Below are positions 36,432 through 46,159 of a stretch of DNA of 64,000 bases, one piece after another. The stretch is from Eubacteriales bacterium (lineage in GTDB: Bacteria > Bacillota > Clostridia > Lachnospirales > JAITVM01). How positions within the stretch are numbered: position 1 is the stretch's first letter; the number at the start of each line of letters is the position of its first letter. The notes under the pieces are model-generated. The model searched no databases. It was given only the letters and a program-made list of their open reading frames with translations, and was not told the DNA's origin. The stretch lies in contig JAVBOA010000010.1 of NCBI GenBank assembly GCA_031551135.1, positions 774 to 64,773 on the forward strand, read 5' to 3'. The position numbers and the translations under genes were made by a program.

Positions 36432-37658
36432 TTAATTTTTGTGATTTCCAATGCTGTAAAAAATTTCGGTTGCAATTTGAATTTTCGTAACATTAAAAGC
36501 TTCATCGTCTGAATACAAATAATAACAGCATTTATTTGTAGATAATACAATGCATTGACCTTTTCCTTTGTAATCGTATTCCGTTTGAACAGACGAGGCG
36601 TTCGGGAAAAACAATTCTATGCCGCTGTTTTTTATATGCAAATAAAAGCCGGAATCGTCGTGGCGTAAAAATCCATCTCCCATTTGTACAAAACCTTTTT
36701 CATTCGGCAGAGCTTCGATTCGTACTTTTATATTGAGTGAATATTTATTTTGCTCAATTTGTTTTTTTATTTCGCCTTTTTGAAATTCATAATAATCCGG
36801 AATATGGAGCATTTCACCGGATTTCGAACAAAGCTGTCCATATTCGTCCATTTGCCATATTTCGCCGCAGTTTTTGCATTTAAGAGTATTTTCATAGCTC
36901 TCGATTTTATTTTCACTATGGCAATTTTTGCAGATAAAAAGAACTTTATGTAAACCCTCGGCGCGCTTTGGATAATCAATTTTTATTTTGTTCTCTGCTT
37001 GATATTTGTATTCGTCATAATAAAAATATAGATTCAGTGCATCCGTTATCTCTTTAGGACTTAAATTTTTTGTTTCATCAATATCGAAAGCCTTGATTAG
37101 CTTTATCGAAAACGGAGCTTTTCGCCTGTGGCTTTCGTCCCAAATCGGCTGAGAAAGATAAGAGCCTTGAAATTTCATAATCACAACCGGAACATTTAAA
37201 TGCTTTACTAATTTTCCGATAGATTCCTGCAATTCGCTGTTTGTTCCGACATTCGAATGGCGTGCTTCCGGATAAATTACGACGATATCTTTTTTTATTG
37301 CGTGCAGAATATTTTTTATAAAAGAAATATCACTTGTGAATCGTCGTTTTGCTATACATCCAAGCTTTGAATATAAAAACTTTCCGTATGCCGCAAAGCC
37401 TTCCATATCGGAAACGTAAGAAGCACGGTGCGGAAAAAGTGCAAGCGGAGACAAATAATAGTCCATATATCCCTGATGCTCCGAGAGCACCAAAAAAGGC
37501 GGTTTTAGGCCTTTGATTCCGGCTCGGTCAATTTGCAGTCCCGAACCGGCTGTCATTAAATACGAGGCCGACCAGATAAGCGGCAGCAAAAGCAAGGACT
37601 GCCGCGAAGGTTTTTCCGCCATATTATAAGGGGTAAAATCTTTATTATTATAATTCAT
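36432..37658 (-). CDS. Lysophospholipid (PlsC-family) acyltransferase with a C-terminal zinc-ribbon-containing domain
   Basis: H-x4-D motif in LSEHQGYMDY. CKNCHSE...CKNCGEIW lies in the C-terminal half. Confidence 0.6.
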   Translation of the reverse strand: MNYNNKDFTPYNMAEKPSRQSLLLLPLIWSASYLMTAGSGLQIDRAGIKGLKPPFLVLSEHQGYMDYYLSPLALFPHRASYVSDMEGFAAYGKFLYSKLGCIAKRRFTSDISFIKNILHAIKKDIVVIYPEARHSNVGTNSELQESIGKLVKHLNVPVVIMKFQGSYLSQPIWDESHRRKAPFSIKLIKAFDIDETKNLSPKEITDALNLYFYYDEYKYQAENKIKIDYPKRAEGLHKVLFICKNCHSENKIESYENTLKCKNCGEIWQMDEYGQLCSKSGEMLHIPDYYEFQKGEIKKQIEQNKYSLNIKVRIEALPNEKGFVQMGDGFLRHDDSGFYLHIKNSGIELFFPNASSVQTEYDYKGKGQCIVLSTNKCCYYLYSDDEAFNVTKIQIATEIFYSIGNHKN

Positions 37659-37823
37659 ATAATCACCCGAAAATTTAAGATTTTTGTGGATCTCATGTCA
37701 ATTCCAAAAAATATCATTCTCTATTTTCTCAAGATAAAATATTTCAATTGCAAAGTTTTATCAATAATATTAAAATAATTCTATGCTAATATAAACACGG
37801 CACAATTACAATTATTTCAAATT

Positions 37824-37936
37824 ATACTATTTTCATTTTGATAAGTAGAAAAAAATTTTTCACAGCGGAGCGTTTCACGCATGCTTCAAGCGTGAAATGA
37901 AATATTTTTTTCTATCCTTAATAATGAAAATAGTAT
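37824..37936 (-). repeat. Long-form (113 bp) palindromic repeat, orientation B
   Basis: ATACTATTTTCA...TTCACAGCGGAGCG-TTTCACGC-atgcttcaa-GCGTGAAA...TGAAAATAGTAT. The central stem carries a compensated change relative to copy 12718. Confidence 0.85.
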
Positions 37937-37971
37937 TACAACAATGTTTAAAGTAGATAGGAGCGAAAATT

Positions 37972-38280
37972 ATGAATAAAAATTCAGAAGATATCTCTTT
38001 AAAAATTAAAAAAGTAAAATACGAAATATATTCATTAACGCTCACCGGCGTGATTTTTTTGATAATATTAATGCTTTTTTTCACAAACGTATTCCCCGAA
38101 AATTTTGGAATAGAGATTTATGGTTTTGGTATTAAAAATATTTTGAACTATATGTTTTTAATCGGAATCTTTTTAACAATGATTAACTTAATATACTCAA
38201 AATTCCGTTTACTCGAAAATTTGAAATCGGAACAAGAAAGCCTCAGTAAATACAAGCGAAAACCGAATAAACGCAGATAG
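37972..38280 (+). CDS. Small membrane protein, hypothetical
   Basis: 102 aa with two hydrophobic segments. Immediately upstream of the phosphodiesterase/ABC operon. Confidence 0.45.
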   Translation: MNKNSEDISLKIKKVKYEIYSLTLTGVIFLIILMLFFTNVFPENFGIEIYGFGIKNILNYMFLIGIFLTMINLIYSKFRLLENLKSEQESLSKYKRKPNKRR

Positions 38281-38290
38281 GAGAAATAAA

Positions 38291-39403
38291 TTGAATGATA
38301 TACGTGATACTATTTGTACAATTTTAGACCACTATAGCGTGCATGAAAAACATAATCCGATTATTAATCTAAAAAATAAATTGGATAAAAATTATAAAAA
38401 TGTGATTTTACTAATTTTAGACGGAATGGGATCCGAAATTTTGAAAAAAAATCTCTCTGAAAATGATTTTTTGTTGCGGAATTTATCCGAATCCGTTAAT
38501 TCGGTTTTCCCGAGCACGACGACCGCCGCAATGACGACTTATTATTCGGCTCTGCCGCCGGTCACGCACGGTTGGATTGCCTGGTCGTTATTTTTTAAAG
38601 AATACGGGTCTTTTGTGGATATTTTCAATAATTTTGATTCTTTCACAAAATTATATATTGACACCGGAGAAAAACGAATCGCTGATATTTATATGCCTTA
38701 TGAATCGATTTTTACTAAGCTGAAAGGAAAAGTCGAGACGCATTTTATTATGCCGGAAGGCGTAATTTTGCAGGAAGGCGCAGACAATGAAATTCCTGTT
38801 CGCGAACTGCACGATATTGCATTTCATATTGCGGAAATTTGTAAAAACGATAAACAGAATTTTATTTTTGCCTATCACTTCGAGCCTGATTTTACTTTGC
38901 ATTATAACGGCTGTACTTCTGATAAGGCTAAGTTTTTGATAAAATACATAAATGATTTGACCGAAAAGCTTTGCGGCGAATTAAACGACAGCCTTGTTAT
39001 TATTACCGCCGACCACGGTCATATCGACTGCAATATGGTCGATCTTCGGAATTATCCGGATATTTGCTCATGCTTAATTATTCCGCCGACTATTGATGCA
39101 CGTGTGCTTTCGTTTTATATTAAAGCGCATAAAAAACAGGAATTCGAAGAATTATTTAATAAATATTTCGGCGAACATCATTTGCTTTTAAATAGAGATG
39201 AGTTTTTTGAAAAAAATTGTCTTGGCATCGGCGAAAAACATCCGCGACTGGAGGATTTTATCGGCGATTATGTGGCTATTGGCACAGGAAACACAATGAT
39301 ATATTATCTTTCAATGAAAAAAAATATGAACACTTACCGCTCCACACATGCAGGCCTGACCGACGACGAAATGAAAGTACCTTTAATTATGATTGAAAAA
39401 TAA
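38291..39403 (+). CDS. Alkaline-phosphatase-superfamily protein (type I phosphodiesterase / nucleotide pyrophosphatase-like)
   Basis: LILDGMGSE, FPSTTTAAMTT (nucleophile region), ITADHGH metal ligands. TTG start with AGGAGA RBS. Confidence 0.7.
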   Translation: MNDIRDTICTILDHYSVHEKHNPIINLKNKLDKNYKNVILLILDGMGSEILKKNLSENDFLLRNLSESVNSVFPSTTTAAMTTYYSALPPVTHGWIAWSLFFKEYGSFVDIFNNFDSFTKLYIDTGEKRIADIYMPYESIFTKLKGKVETHFIMPEGVILQEGADNEIPVRELHDIAFHIAEICKNDKQNFIFAYHFEPDFTLHYNGCTSDKAKFLIKYINDLTEKLCGELNDSLVIITADHGHIDCNMVDLRNYPDICSCLIIPPTIDARVLSFYIKAHKKQEFEELFNKYFGEHHLLLNRDEFFEKNCLGIGEKHPRLEDFIGDYVAIGTGNTMIYYLSMKKNMNTYRSTHAGLTDDEMKVPLIMIEK

Positions 39404-39416
39404 CGGGGGCAAATAT

Positions 39417-40904
39417 ATGAAAAAAATTTATATATTGATATTAATATTTTTAATGGCAGGCTGCGGACAAACGCCAAAAGAAGAAGCCAAAAACGGCATT
39501 ATTGTTGCGATTCCGCAGGATTTTGATTCGCTCGACCCGCATAAAGCCACAGCGACAGGCACGCAGGAAATTATGTATAATATTTTTACATGCCTGATAA
39601 ATACCGACGAAAACGGCGAAATTATTCCCGAGCTTGCAGAATCCTTTGAATCTTCAGACGATTTGAAAACATATACATTTAAATTAAAACAAGATGTAAT
39701 TTTCCATAACGGCGTGAAAATGACCTCAAAAGATGTACTTTATACCTTCAACAGATTATCGGGCAAAACTCAAGATCAATCCGAGCCGATTTCGGATATT
39801 TCAAAAAATATCGACAGCGTTGAAGCGCCTGATGATTATACAATTATCATTCATTTAAAAGAAAAAGATGCATCATTTTTAGCAAAATGTTTGATTGCGA
39901 TTATTCCGGAAAACAGCGGTCCTCAGCAGGAAAAAACTCCTATCGGTGCCGGACCGTATGCTTTTGAATCCTATACACAGGGCATTTCTTTGAAAATGAA
40001 AAAAAACAAAGATTTTTATATGAACGACCTGCCGAAAATCGAAAATGTTGAATTTAAAATTTTCACAAATACAAGCGCCGGACAGCTTGCTTTGAAAAAC
40101 GGCGAAATTGATATTATGTTCAATTTAATGGAAGCTGATGTAAAAGCTATCGGCGATGGTTTTGATATTTTGCGCGTGCCGCGGAATATGGTGCAATTAA
40201 TGGCATTCAATTACGATTTTGCGCCGTTTAAGGATATTCGTGTGCGCCAAGCAATAAATTATGCCGTAAACAAAAAAGAGATTATCGACCTGATTGTTCC
40301 CGGCTCAGTACAGATTGACACAAATTTTTCGCCTGTAATGGCAGGATACTATAATAAAGATGTAGAGAATTTTTATCAAAATGATATCGAAAAAGCCAAA
40401 ACGCTTTTAAAGGAGTCCGGAAACGAAAATCTTAGTTTTACCGTAAAAGTTCCGTCGGAATATAAACAGCATGTGGACACCGCTCAAATTATAAAACAGC
40501 AGTTGGCACAGGTCGGAATCGAAATGAACATCGAAACCGTGGAATGGAATACTTGGCTCTCTGAGGTTTATAAAGGAAAAAAATTCGAGGCTACAATAAT
40601 CGGTTTTACGGGAAAGCTCGACCCTTATCCGATAATCGGGCGTTATGCGTCGGATTATAAAGATAATTTTATGTCTTATTCAAATCCCGAATTTGATGAA
40701 GTAATTAAAAAAGCTACCGCCGAAAGCGATATGCAAAAAAGAACCGAATATTATAGAGAGGCGCAAATGCTCTTGACTCAAGATGCCGCCGCCCTTTATA
40801 TAATGGATCCGTCAAATATTATCGCTATAAATAAAAATTTGGAGAATTTCAAAACCTATCCAATCGGATATATAGACATAAAAAATCTCTCTTACAAGGA
40901 TTGA
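39417..40904 (+). CDS. ABC transporter substrate-binding lipoprotein, family 5 (Opp/Dpp/Nik type)
   Basis: Lipobox LMAGC. Family-5 pattern (DSLDPHKA, AESFE.SDD.KTYTFKLK..V.FHNG). Start moved to MKKIYILIL. Confidence 0.8.
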   Translation: MKKIYILILIFLMAGCGQTPKEEAKNGIIVAIPQDFDSLDPHKATATGTQEIMYNIFTCLINTDENGEIIPELAESFESSDDLKTYTFKLKQDVIFHNGVKMTSKDVLYTFNRLSGKTQDQSEPISDISKNIDSVEAPDDYTIIIHLKEKDASFLAKCLIAIIPENSGPQQEKTPIGAGPYAFESYTQGISLKMKKNKDFYMNDLPKIENVEFKIFTNTSAGQLALKNGEIDIMFNLMEADVKAIGDGFDILRVPRNMVQLMAFNYDFAPFKDIRVRQAINYAVNKKEIIDLIVPGSVQIDTNFSPVMAGYYNKDVENFYQNDIEKAKTLLKESGNENLSFTVKVPSEYKQHVDTAQIIKQQLAQVGIEMNIETVEWNTWLSEVYKGKKFEATIIGFTGKLDPYPIIGRYASDYKDNFMSYSNPEFDEVIKKATAESDMQKRTEYYREAQMLLTQDAAALYIMDPSNIIAINKNLENFKTYPIGYIDIKNLSYKD

Positions 40905-40909
40905 GTTTT

Positions 40910-41860
40910 ATGTACAAAATTATAATCAAGATTTTACATTCTTTGCTTACGATTTTTCTCGTTTCGCTTGTGATATTTTTTATGTTTCAGATTATTCCGG
41001 GCGATGCGATTTTAGAAAAAATCGGCGAAGTATCTGACCCGGCCTTGGAATCGGCGTTGCGAAAACAATTCGGGATGGATGCGCCGCCGCATATTCGGTA
41101 TTTTAATTATTTATCGGGAATTTTCAGCGGGGATCTCGGGATTTCGATAAGATATTCCGTTCCTGTTATCGAATTAATGAAAAGCCGGCTGCCGAATACC
41201 TTGGGTATAACGGCGCTGGCTATGCTGATTACGATTCTAATCGGGATTCCTTTAGGCGTAATCACCGCAAAATACTCCAAAAAATCTATTGGCTTCACTT
41301 TTAATATCATAACGCAAATTTGTACCTCGATACCGTCTTTTTTCATGGCTGTAATTTTGACTTTGATATTTTCGATTTGGTTACGATTATTTGATGTTGT
41401 GCTTTATGTTCCGATAGATCAGGATTTTTTCGGATATTTAAAAGGGCTTATCCTGCCGTCGCTTGCGGTTTCTATCGGGACAATGGCGACTGTTGCGCGG
41501 TATACACGCGGCTCTGTTTTGGAACAGCTTAATATGAATTATGTCCGAACGGCACAAAATAAAGGCCTTACGGAGAATTATATTTTGATCAAGCATATTT
41601 TGCCTAATACTTTGATTACGGTTTTGACGATAGCCGGAATTTTGCTCGCAAATATTTTGGGCGGCACGATTGTTGTGGAGTCTGCTTTTTCTATCCCCGG
41701 AATCGGCAGTCTTTTGGCAACCGGCATAAAATCTCGGGATTTTCCGCTGGTACAGGGAATTTCTTTATATATCACGATTTGTGTTGTGATTGTATTTTTG
41801 ATTTTGGATATTTTGTACAATTTGATTGACCCAAGAATCGAGACGGGAGGAAGCGGATGA
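40910..41860 (+). CDS. ABC transporter permease (DppB/OppB type)
   Basis: Polytopic. YVRTAQNKGLTE EAA-loop region. The start is ATG 40910 (or TTG 40901). Confidence 0.8.
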   Translation: MYKIIIKILHSLLTIFLVSLVIFFMFQIIPGDAILEKIGEVSDPALESALRKQFGMDAPPHIRYFNYLSGIFSGDLGISIRYSVPVIELMKSRLPNTLGITALAMLITILIGIPLGVITAKYSKKSIGFTFNIITQICTSIPSFFMAVILTLIFSIWLRLFDVVLYVPIDQDFFGYLKGLILPSLAVSIGTMATVARYTRGSVLEQLNMNYVRTAQNKGLTENYILIKHILPNTLITVLTIAGILLANILGGTIVVESAFSIPGIGSLLATGIKSRDFPLVQGISLYITICVVIVFLILDILYNLIDPRIETGGSG

Positions 41861-42678
41861 AATTTTTTGAAAAAGCTTTCAGAAATCCGTATTTTTTGAT
41901 TGGCTCAATAATGCTGATAATAGTATTTTTATTTTCGTTTATCGGGGTTTTTTATACGCCCTATGACCCCGAATTTATAGACACAGCTTTACAATCCGCG
42001 CCGCCGGGAATCTTGCATTTATTCGGAACGGATTCGCTGGGACGGGATGTTTTTTCGAGATTGATGGATGCCGGAAAATATTCGTTTTTCGGTGGATTGC
42101 TTTCGGTTTTAATATCGCTTCTAATTTCGCTTGCATTAGGTTTAGCTGCAGGATTTTTAGGCGGAATTTGGGATATTGTCCTGACAAAAATAACCGATAT
42201 AATGCGTTCGATTCCGGGTACATTATTTGCGCTTATGATAATTGCGGTTTTGGGCAAGGGTTTTAAAAATACAATTATCGCAGTTTGTTTTTTGACCATT
42301 CCGGTTTTTTTCCGCATTATCCGTTCCAATGTCTATCAAATAAAAAATTATGATTATATAATTCATACAGATTTGATTGGGTTGAGTTTTTTTCGGGTTT
42401 GTTTTTTTCATATATTGCCGAATATTATGTCACCGCTGATAGTTATGTCAGCTACGGGAATTGCTAATGCGATTATGATAGAAGCCTCACTTTCGTATTT
42501 GGATCTCAGCATACAGCCGCCGGCGGCGAGTTTTGGAAAAATGCTGAGCGAAGCACAGGAAAATATATTTTTCGCTCCGTGGGAAGTTTTAGCCGTTGGG
42601 TTTTGCATAAGCTTTATGGTGCTTGCGTTTAATCTTCTGGGTGATGGTCTGCGTGATGTTTTGGATGTTAAAAACTGA
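41857..42678 (+). CDS. ABC transporter permease (DppC/OppC type)
   Basis: HLFGTDSLGRDVFSRL motif. Start overlaps the upstream stop. Confidence 0.8.
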   Translation: MKFFEKAFRNPYFLIGSIMLIIVFLFSFIGVFYTPYDPEFIDTALQSAPPGILHLFGTDSLGRDVFSRLMDAGKYSFFGGLLSVLISLLISLALGLAAGFLGGIWDIVLTKITDIMRSIPGTLFALMIIAVLGKGFKNTIIAVCFLTIPVFFRIIRSNVYQIKNYDYIIHTDLIGLSFFRVCFFHILPNIMSPLIVMSATGIANAIMIEASLSYLDLSIQPPAASFGKMLSEAQENIFFAPWEVLAVGFCISFMVLAFNLLGDGLRDVLDVKN

Positions 42679-42715
42679 GAAAGCAACAAATATCTTTTGT
42701 GAACAGAGGTTGTAT

Positions 42716-43663
42716 ATGGAGAATCTTCTTTCTGTAAAAAATTTGAATATTTACGTAAATAACGATTTAAAAGCCGTCGATTCGCTTTCATTTGATTTAA
42801 AAAAAGGCGAAATTTTGGGAATCGTCGGAGAATCCGGCTGCGGCAAAACCCTGACTGCGCTTGCACTAGCTCGGCTTTTAAATAAAAATATCCGCGCAGA
42901 AGGCGAAATTTTTTTAGATGGAAAAAATATTTCTTCATACAGCGACAGTGAATTTTTAAAACTACGAAAATCCGAAATTTCGATGATTTTTCAAGATTCG
43001 GCTTTTAATCCGCTGATGAAAATCGGTCATCAAGTTATTGAAGCGATAAGGGATTTCGAAAACAACACAAAGGCCAAGAATTTTGAAATTACTTTGGATT
43101 TATTGAAAAAAGTTCGGCTGAATGACCCCGAAACGAGTTTTTACAAATATCCGCATGAGCTTTCGGGCGGACAGCGCCAAAGGGTGATGATTGCAATGTC
43201 GATTGCCTCAAACCCAAAGCTTTTAATTGCCGACGAAGTTACAACCGCTTTGGACGTAACAACACAGCTCCAGATTTTGAATTTGCTGAAAGAATTGCAG
43301 AACGACACGGGAATGATTATTATTTCTCATGATGTCTCGGTAATAAAGCATATTTGCGATTTTGTATGCATTATGTATTCGGGAAATATTTTGGAATACG
43401 GCCCTGCGCGCGAAGTTCTGGAAAATCCGAAACATCCGTATACCTACAGCTTATTAAAGTCAATTCCGAGCCAAGATAAAGACCAAATATTGCACAGCAT
43501 AAGAGGGATTGTTCCGTCGCTTAAAGAGCGTGAAAAAATTCACGGCTGTATATTTGCGCCGCGCTGTGATTTCGTTTGTACAAAGCATAAAGAGGAAATC
43601 CAAAAGCATTATATTTCGCCTGAGCATTATGTGCTTTGCCATAGAAACGGAGAATTTTTATGA
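42716..43663 (+). CDS. ABC transporter ATP-binding protein (DppD/OppD type)
   Basis: GESGCGKT Walker A, LSGGQRQRV, LLIADEVTTALDV, C-terminal oligopeptide-type extension. Start moved to MENLLSV (ATG 42716). Confidence 0.85.
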   Translation: MENLLSVKNLNIYVNNDLKAVDSLSFDLKKGEILGIVGESGCGKTLTALALARLLNKNIRAEGEIFLDGKNISSYSDSEFLKLRKSEISMIFQDSAFNPLMKIGHQVIEAIRDFENNTKAKNFEITLDLLKKVRLNDPETSFYKYPHELSGGQRQRVMIAMSIASNPKLLIADEVTTALDVTTQLQILNLLKELQNDTGMIIISHDVSVIKHICDFVCIMYSGNILEYGPAREVLENPKHPYTYSLLKSIPSQDKDQILHSIRGIVPSLKEREKIHGCIFAPRCDFVCTKHKEEIQKHYISPEHYVLCHRNGEFL

Positions 43664-44610
43664 TTCTGGAAGCCGAAAATATAAAAAAATCCTATTATTT
43701 ACGAAAATCTTTTTTTAATAAAATCGAATCAAAAGCCCTTGAATCGGTTTCTTTAAATATTCCTAAAGGTAAAACCGTGGGTTTGATCGGAGAATCCGGC
43801 TGCGGCAAAACTACACTAGGGAAAATTATTTCGAAACTGCTTGAGCCTAGCGAAGGCAGAATTATTTTTGACGGAACCGATATTACAAAGCTGAGCAAAA
43901 AAGAATTTCGCCCTTCGCGCCACGAAATACAAATGATTTTTCAAGACCCGAACGCCGCCCTAAACCCAAGCCATAAAATCCGCTTTACGCTGAACGAATG
44001 TCTTTTGGCGAAAGGAATTCGGGAAAATCATGATGAAATTATAGAAAATAATATCAAAAAAGTCGGCTTGGATTTATCTTTTTTGGATAGATATCCGCAT
44101 GAATTGTCCGGCGGACAAAAACAGCGCATTGCGATTTTGCAGGCTTCGATGATGCAGCCTAAGCTGATTATTGCCGACGAAGTTGTTTCGGCTTTAGACG
44201 TTTCGGTGCGGTCGCAGATTTTGAATTTATTAAAATTAATCCAAAAAGACACGGATGTTTCGTATTTATTTATTTCACATGATTTGAATGTCGTTTATTA
44301 TGTGGCCGATTATATTTCGGTCATGTATATGGGCGAAATTGTTGAGGAAGGCAGTGCCGACGATATTTATTACCGCCACAGGCATCCGTATACAAAAATC
44401 TTATTCGAATCGCTTCTGGATTTCCGCCAGAAAAATATTTCGGGTTTTGAGACTCAAAGCAGGCTGATAAATTACGAGGGCTGTAAATTTGAAAGCCGCT
44501 GTAAATATTCGCAGGAGATTTGCAAAAATCAAAAGCCAAAGAATTTTTATTTTGAAAACAATCATCGAGTTTATTGCCACAGGGCAAATATAGAGGAGCT
44601 ATTTAAATGA
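43660..44610 (+). CDS. ABC transporter ATP-binding protein (DppF/OppF type)
   Basis: GESGCGKTT, LSGGQKQRI, LIIADEVVSALDV. The start overlaps the upstream stop. Confidence 0.85.
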   Translation: MILEAENIKKSYYLRKSFFNKIESKALESVSLNIPKGKTVGLIGESGCGKTTLGKIISKLLEPSEGRIIFDGTDITKLSKKEFRPSRHEIQMIFQDPNAALNPSHKIRFTLNECLLAKGIRENHDEIIENNIKKVGLDLSFLDRYPHELSGGQKQRIAILQASMMQPKLIIADEVVSALDVSVRSQILNLLKLIQKDTDVSYLFISHDLNVVYYVADYISVMYMGEIVEEGSADDIYYRHRHPYTKILFESLLDFRQKNISGFETQSRLINYEGCKFESRCKYSQEICKNQKPKNFYFENNHRVYCHRANIEELFK

Positions 44611-46091
44611 AATTTTTACATTTATCCGATACGCATATTTTGCGGAATTACAAAGATATTTTTATAAGTAAATTGAATATCGACCCTACCGAAAATTTTT
44701 TGAAAACCTTGAGGCATATTAACGCAAAACATTCGGATGCGGAATTTATCATAATTTCCGGAGATTTGACGTATAACGGAACGGTTGAAGATTACCGTTT
44801 TTTGAAAAATATTTTGGAGAAAAAGCTTAAACAAAAAATTTATTTTGCGCTCGGAAATCACGATTATTCTGCAAATTTCAGAGAAGGATTTTTCGGCGAA
44901 AAATCCGACGAGCCGTTTTATTATTGCGAAATAAATAACGGACTTAGAATAATTTGTCTGGATACGAATTGTAATAACGAAGATTCGGGATTTTTGGATA
45001 AAAAGCAATTGGATTGGCTGGAAAAATTATTAAAAGAAGATTCGGAAAATGGAAGTATTATTATAATGCATCATCCGCCGGTGACTGAATTTAAAGACGG
45101 CTTGCTTGGCTATGCGCTGAAAAACTCCGAAGAATTTTATAATATCGTAAACCATAGTGATGTAATCGCCGTTCTTAGCGGTCATACCCACAAAAATGCG
45201 CAATTCGGGATAAATTATACAGCCGACTCTGCGTCGTTCGGCGTGGATTTCGAAAATGGAAACATGAAAATAGACGATACAATTGGTTTCAATGTTTGCG
45301 AAATCATAAATAAAAAAATATCTGTGCATAGCGAAAAAGTTAATCCGATGATTTTTGCGGATAGGGAAAATTTTAGATTGGGATTGGAAGGCTGTTTGAA
45401 TTTCAGAGATATCGGCGGATATGATACAATCGACGGAAAAAATGTCGTTAGCGGAAAAATATACCGTGCGGATTCTTTGGCGAAGCTCACCGAAAAAGAT
45501 ATCGATGCTTTAAAATCATTGGGAATAAATGTTGTAATTGATTTAAGATACTCAAACGAGACCGAAAACGAAATAAATCCGCTTAATAATCTTGACGGTT
45601 TTGAATATTATAATGTTTCTTTATTGGACGGTGTTTTTTCAAATGATTTGAAAGGCGGCTTTCCGCCGAGTTTGGAAGAAATGTATATCCAGCTTGTTGA
45701 CGAAGCGAAAGACCTCTTAATTGAAGTTTTGCGCATTATTATAAAATCTTCCGATAAAAAAATAGTTTACCATTGCACCGCCGGCAAAGACCGGACAGGC
45801 GTTATAACCGTGCTTTTGCTACTTTTGGCAGGTGTTTCAAAAGAGGAGATTATTAACGATTATTCGCTGACTTACGGATATATAAAAGACAGCGTTGAAA
45901 AAATGATTGAAAATGCTGTAAAAACAGGAATTGTTTTGCCGAGGTTTTTGTTTAAATCAGACCGCGAGTCAATGATTGAGTTTTTGGACTATTTTACAAA
46001 AAAATACGGAGATGTGGAAAAATATTTACTTCAAGTTTCTATGAAGAAAGAAGAAATTCTGGAATTAAAAAATATTTTAATCGAAAAATAA
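44607..46091 (+). CDS. Fusion protein: calcineurin-like metallophosphoesterase (N-terminal) plus Cys-based tyrosine-phosphatase-like domain (C-terminal)
   Basis: N-terminal HLSDTHI, SGDLTYNG, GNHD, MHHPP, GHTH. C-terminal NFRDIGGY...IYRADSL...VIDLR and HCTAGKDRTG (CX5R). Confidence 0.75.
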   Translation: MKFLHLSDTHILRNYKDIFISKLNIDPTENFLKTLRHINAKHSDAEFIIISGDLTYNGTVEDYRFLKNILEKKLKQKIYFALGNHDYSANFREGFFGEKSDEPFYYCEINNGLRIICLDTNCNNEDSGFLDKKQLDWLEKLLKEDSENGSIIIMHHPPVTEFKDGLLGYALKNSEEFYNIVNHSDVIAVLSGHTHKNAQFGINYTADSASFGVDFENGNMKIDDTIGFNVCEIINKKISVHSEKVNPMIFADRENFRLGLEGCLNFRDIGGYDTIDGKNVVSGKIYRADSLAKLTEKDIDALKSLGINVVIDLRYSNETENEINPLNNLDGFEYYNVSLLDGVFSNDLKGGFPPSLEEMYIQLVDEAKDLLIEVLRIIIKSSDKKIVYHCTAGKDRTGVITVLLLLLAGVSKEEIINDYSLTYGYIKDSVEKMIENAVKTGIVLPRFLFKSDRESMIEFLDYFTKKYGDVEKYLLQVSMKKEEILELKNILIEK

Positions 46092-46102
46092 ATTAAAAAA
46101 AA

Positions 46103-46144
46103 ATTCAGCCTGACGCGGCGTAAAAACTCCGTTTCGGGCTGAAT
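46103..46144. terminator. Bidirectional terminator between convergent genes
   Basis: ATTCAGCC...GGCTGAAT stem with an A-run upstream and TTTTT downstream. Confidence 0.6.
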
Positions 46145-46159
46145 TTTTATAAATTTATA

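Noticed and set aside
37875-38084. 69-aa ORF, and the tail of ORF 55973..56236, sharing the peptide KDRKKY(F/L)ISRLK
   Set aside because: The shared peptide is simply the translation of the long-form intergenic repeat (37824..37936 and 56160..56272). The similarity reflects repeated DNA, not a protein family.
42408-42938. 176-aa minus-strand ORF spanning the permease/ATPase junction
   Set aside because: Antisense to two ABC genes with clear motifs. Highly basic and low-complexity. Not supported.
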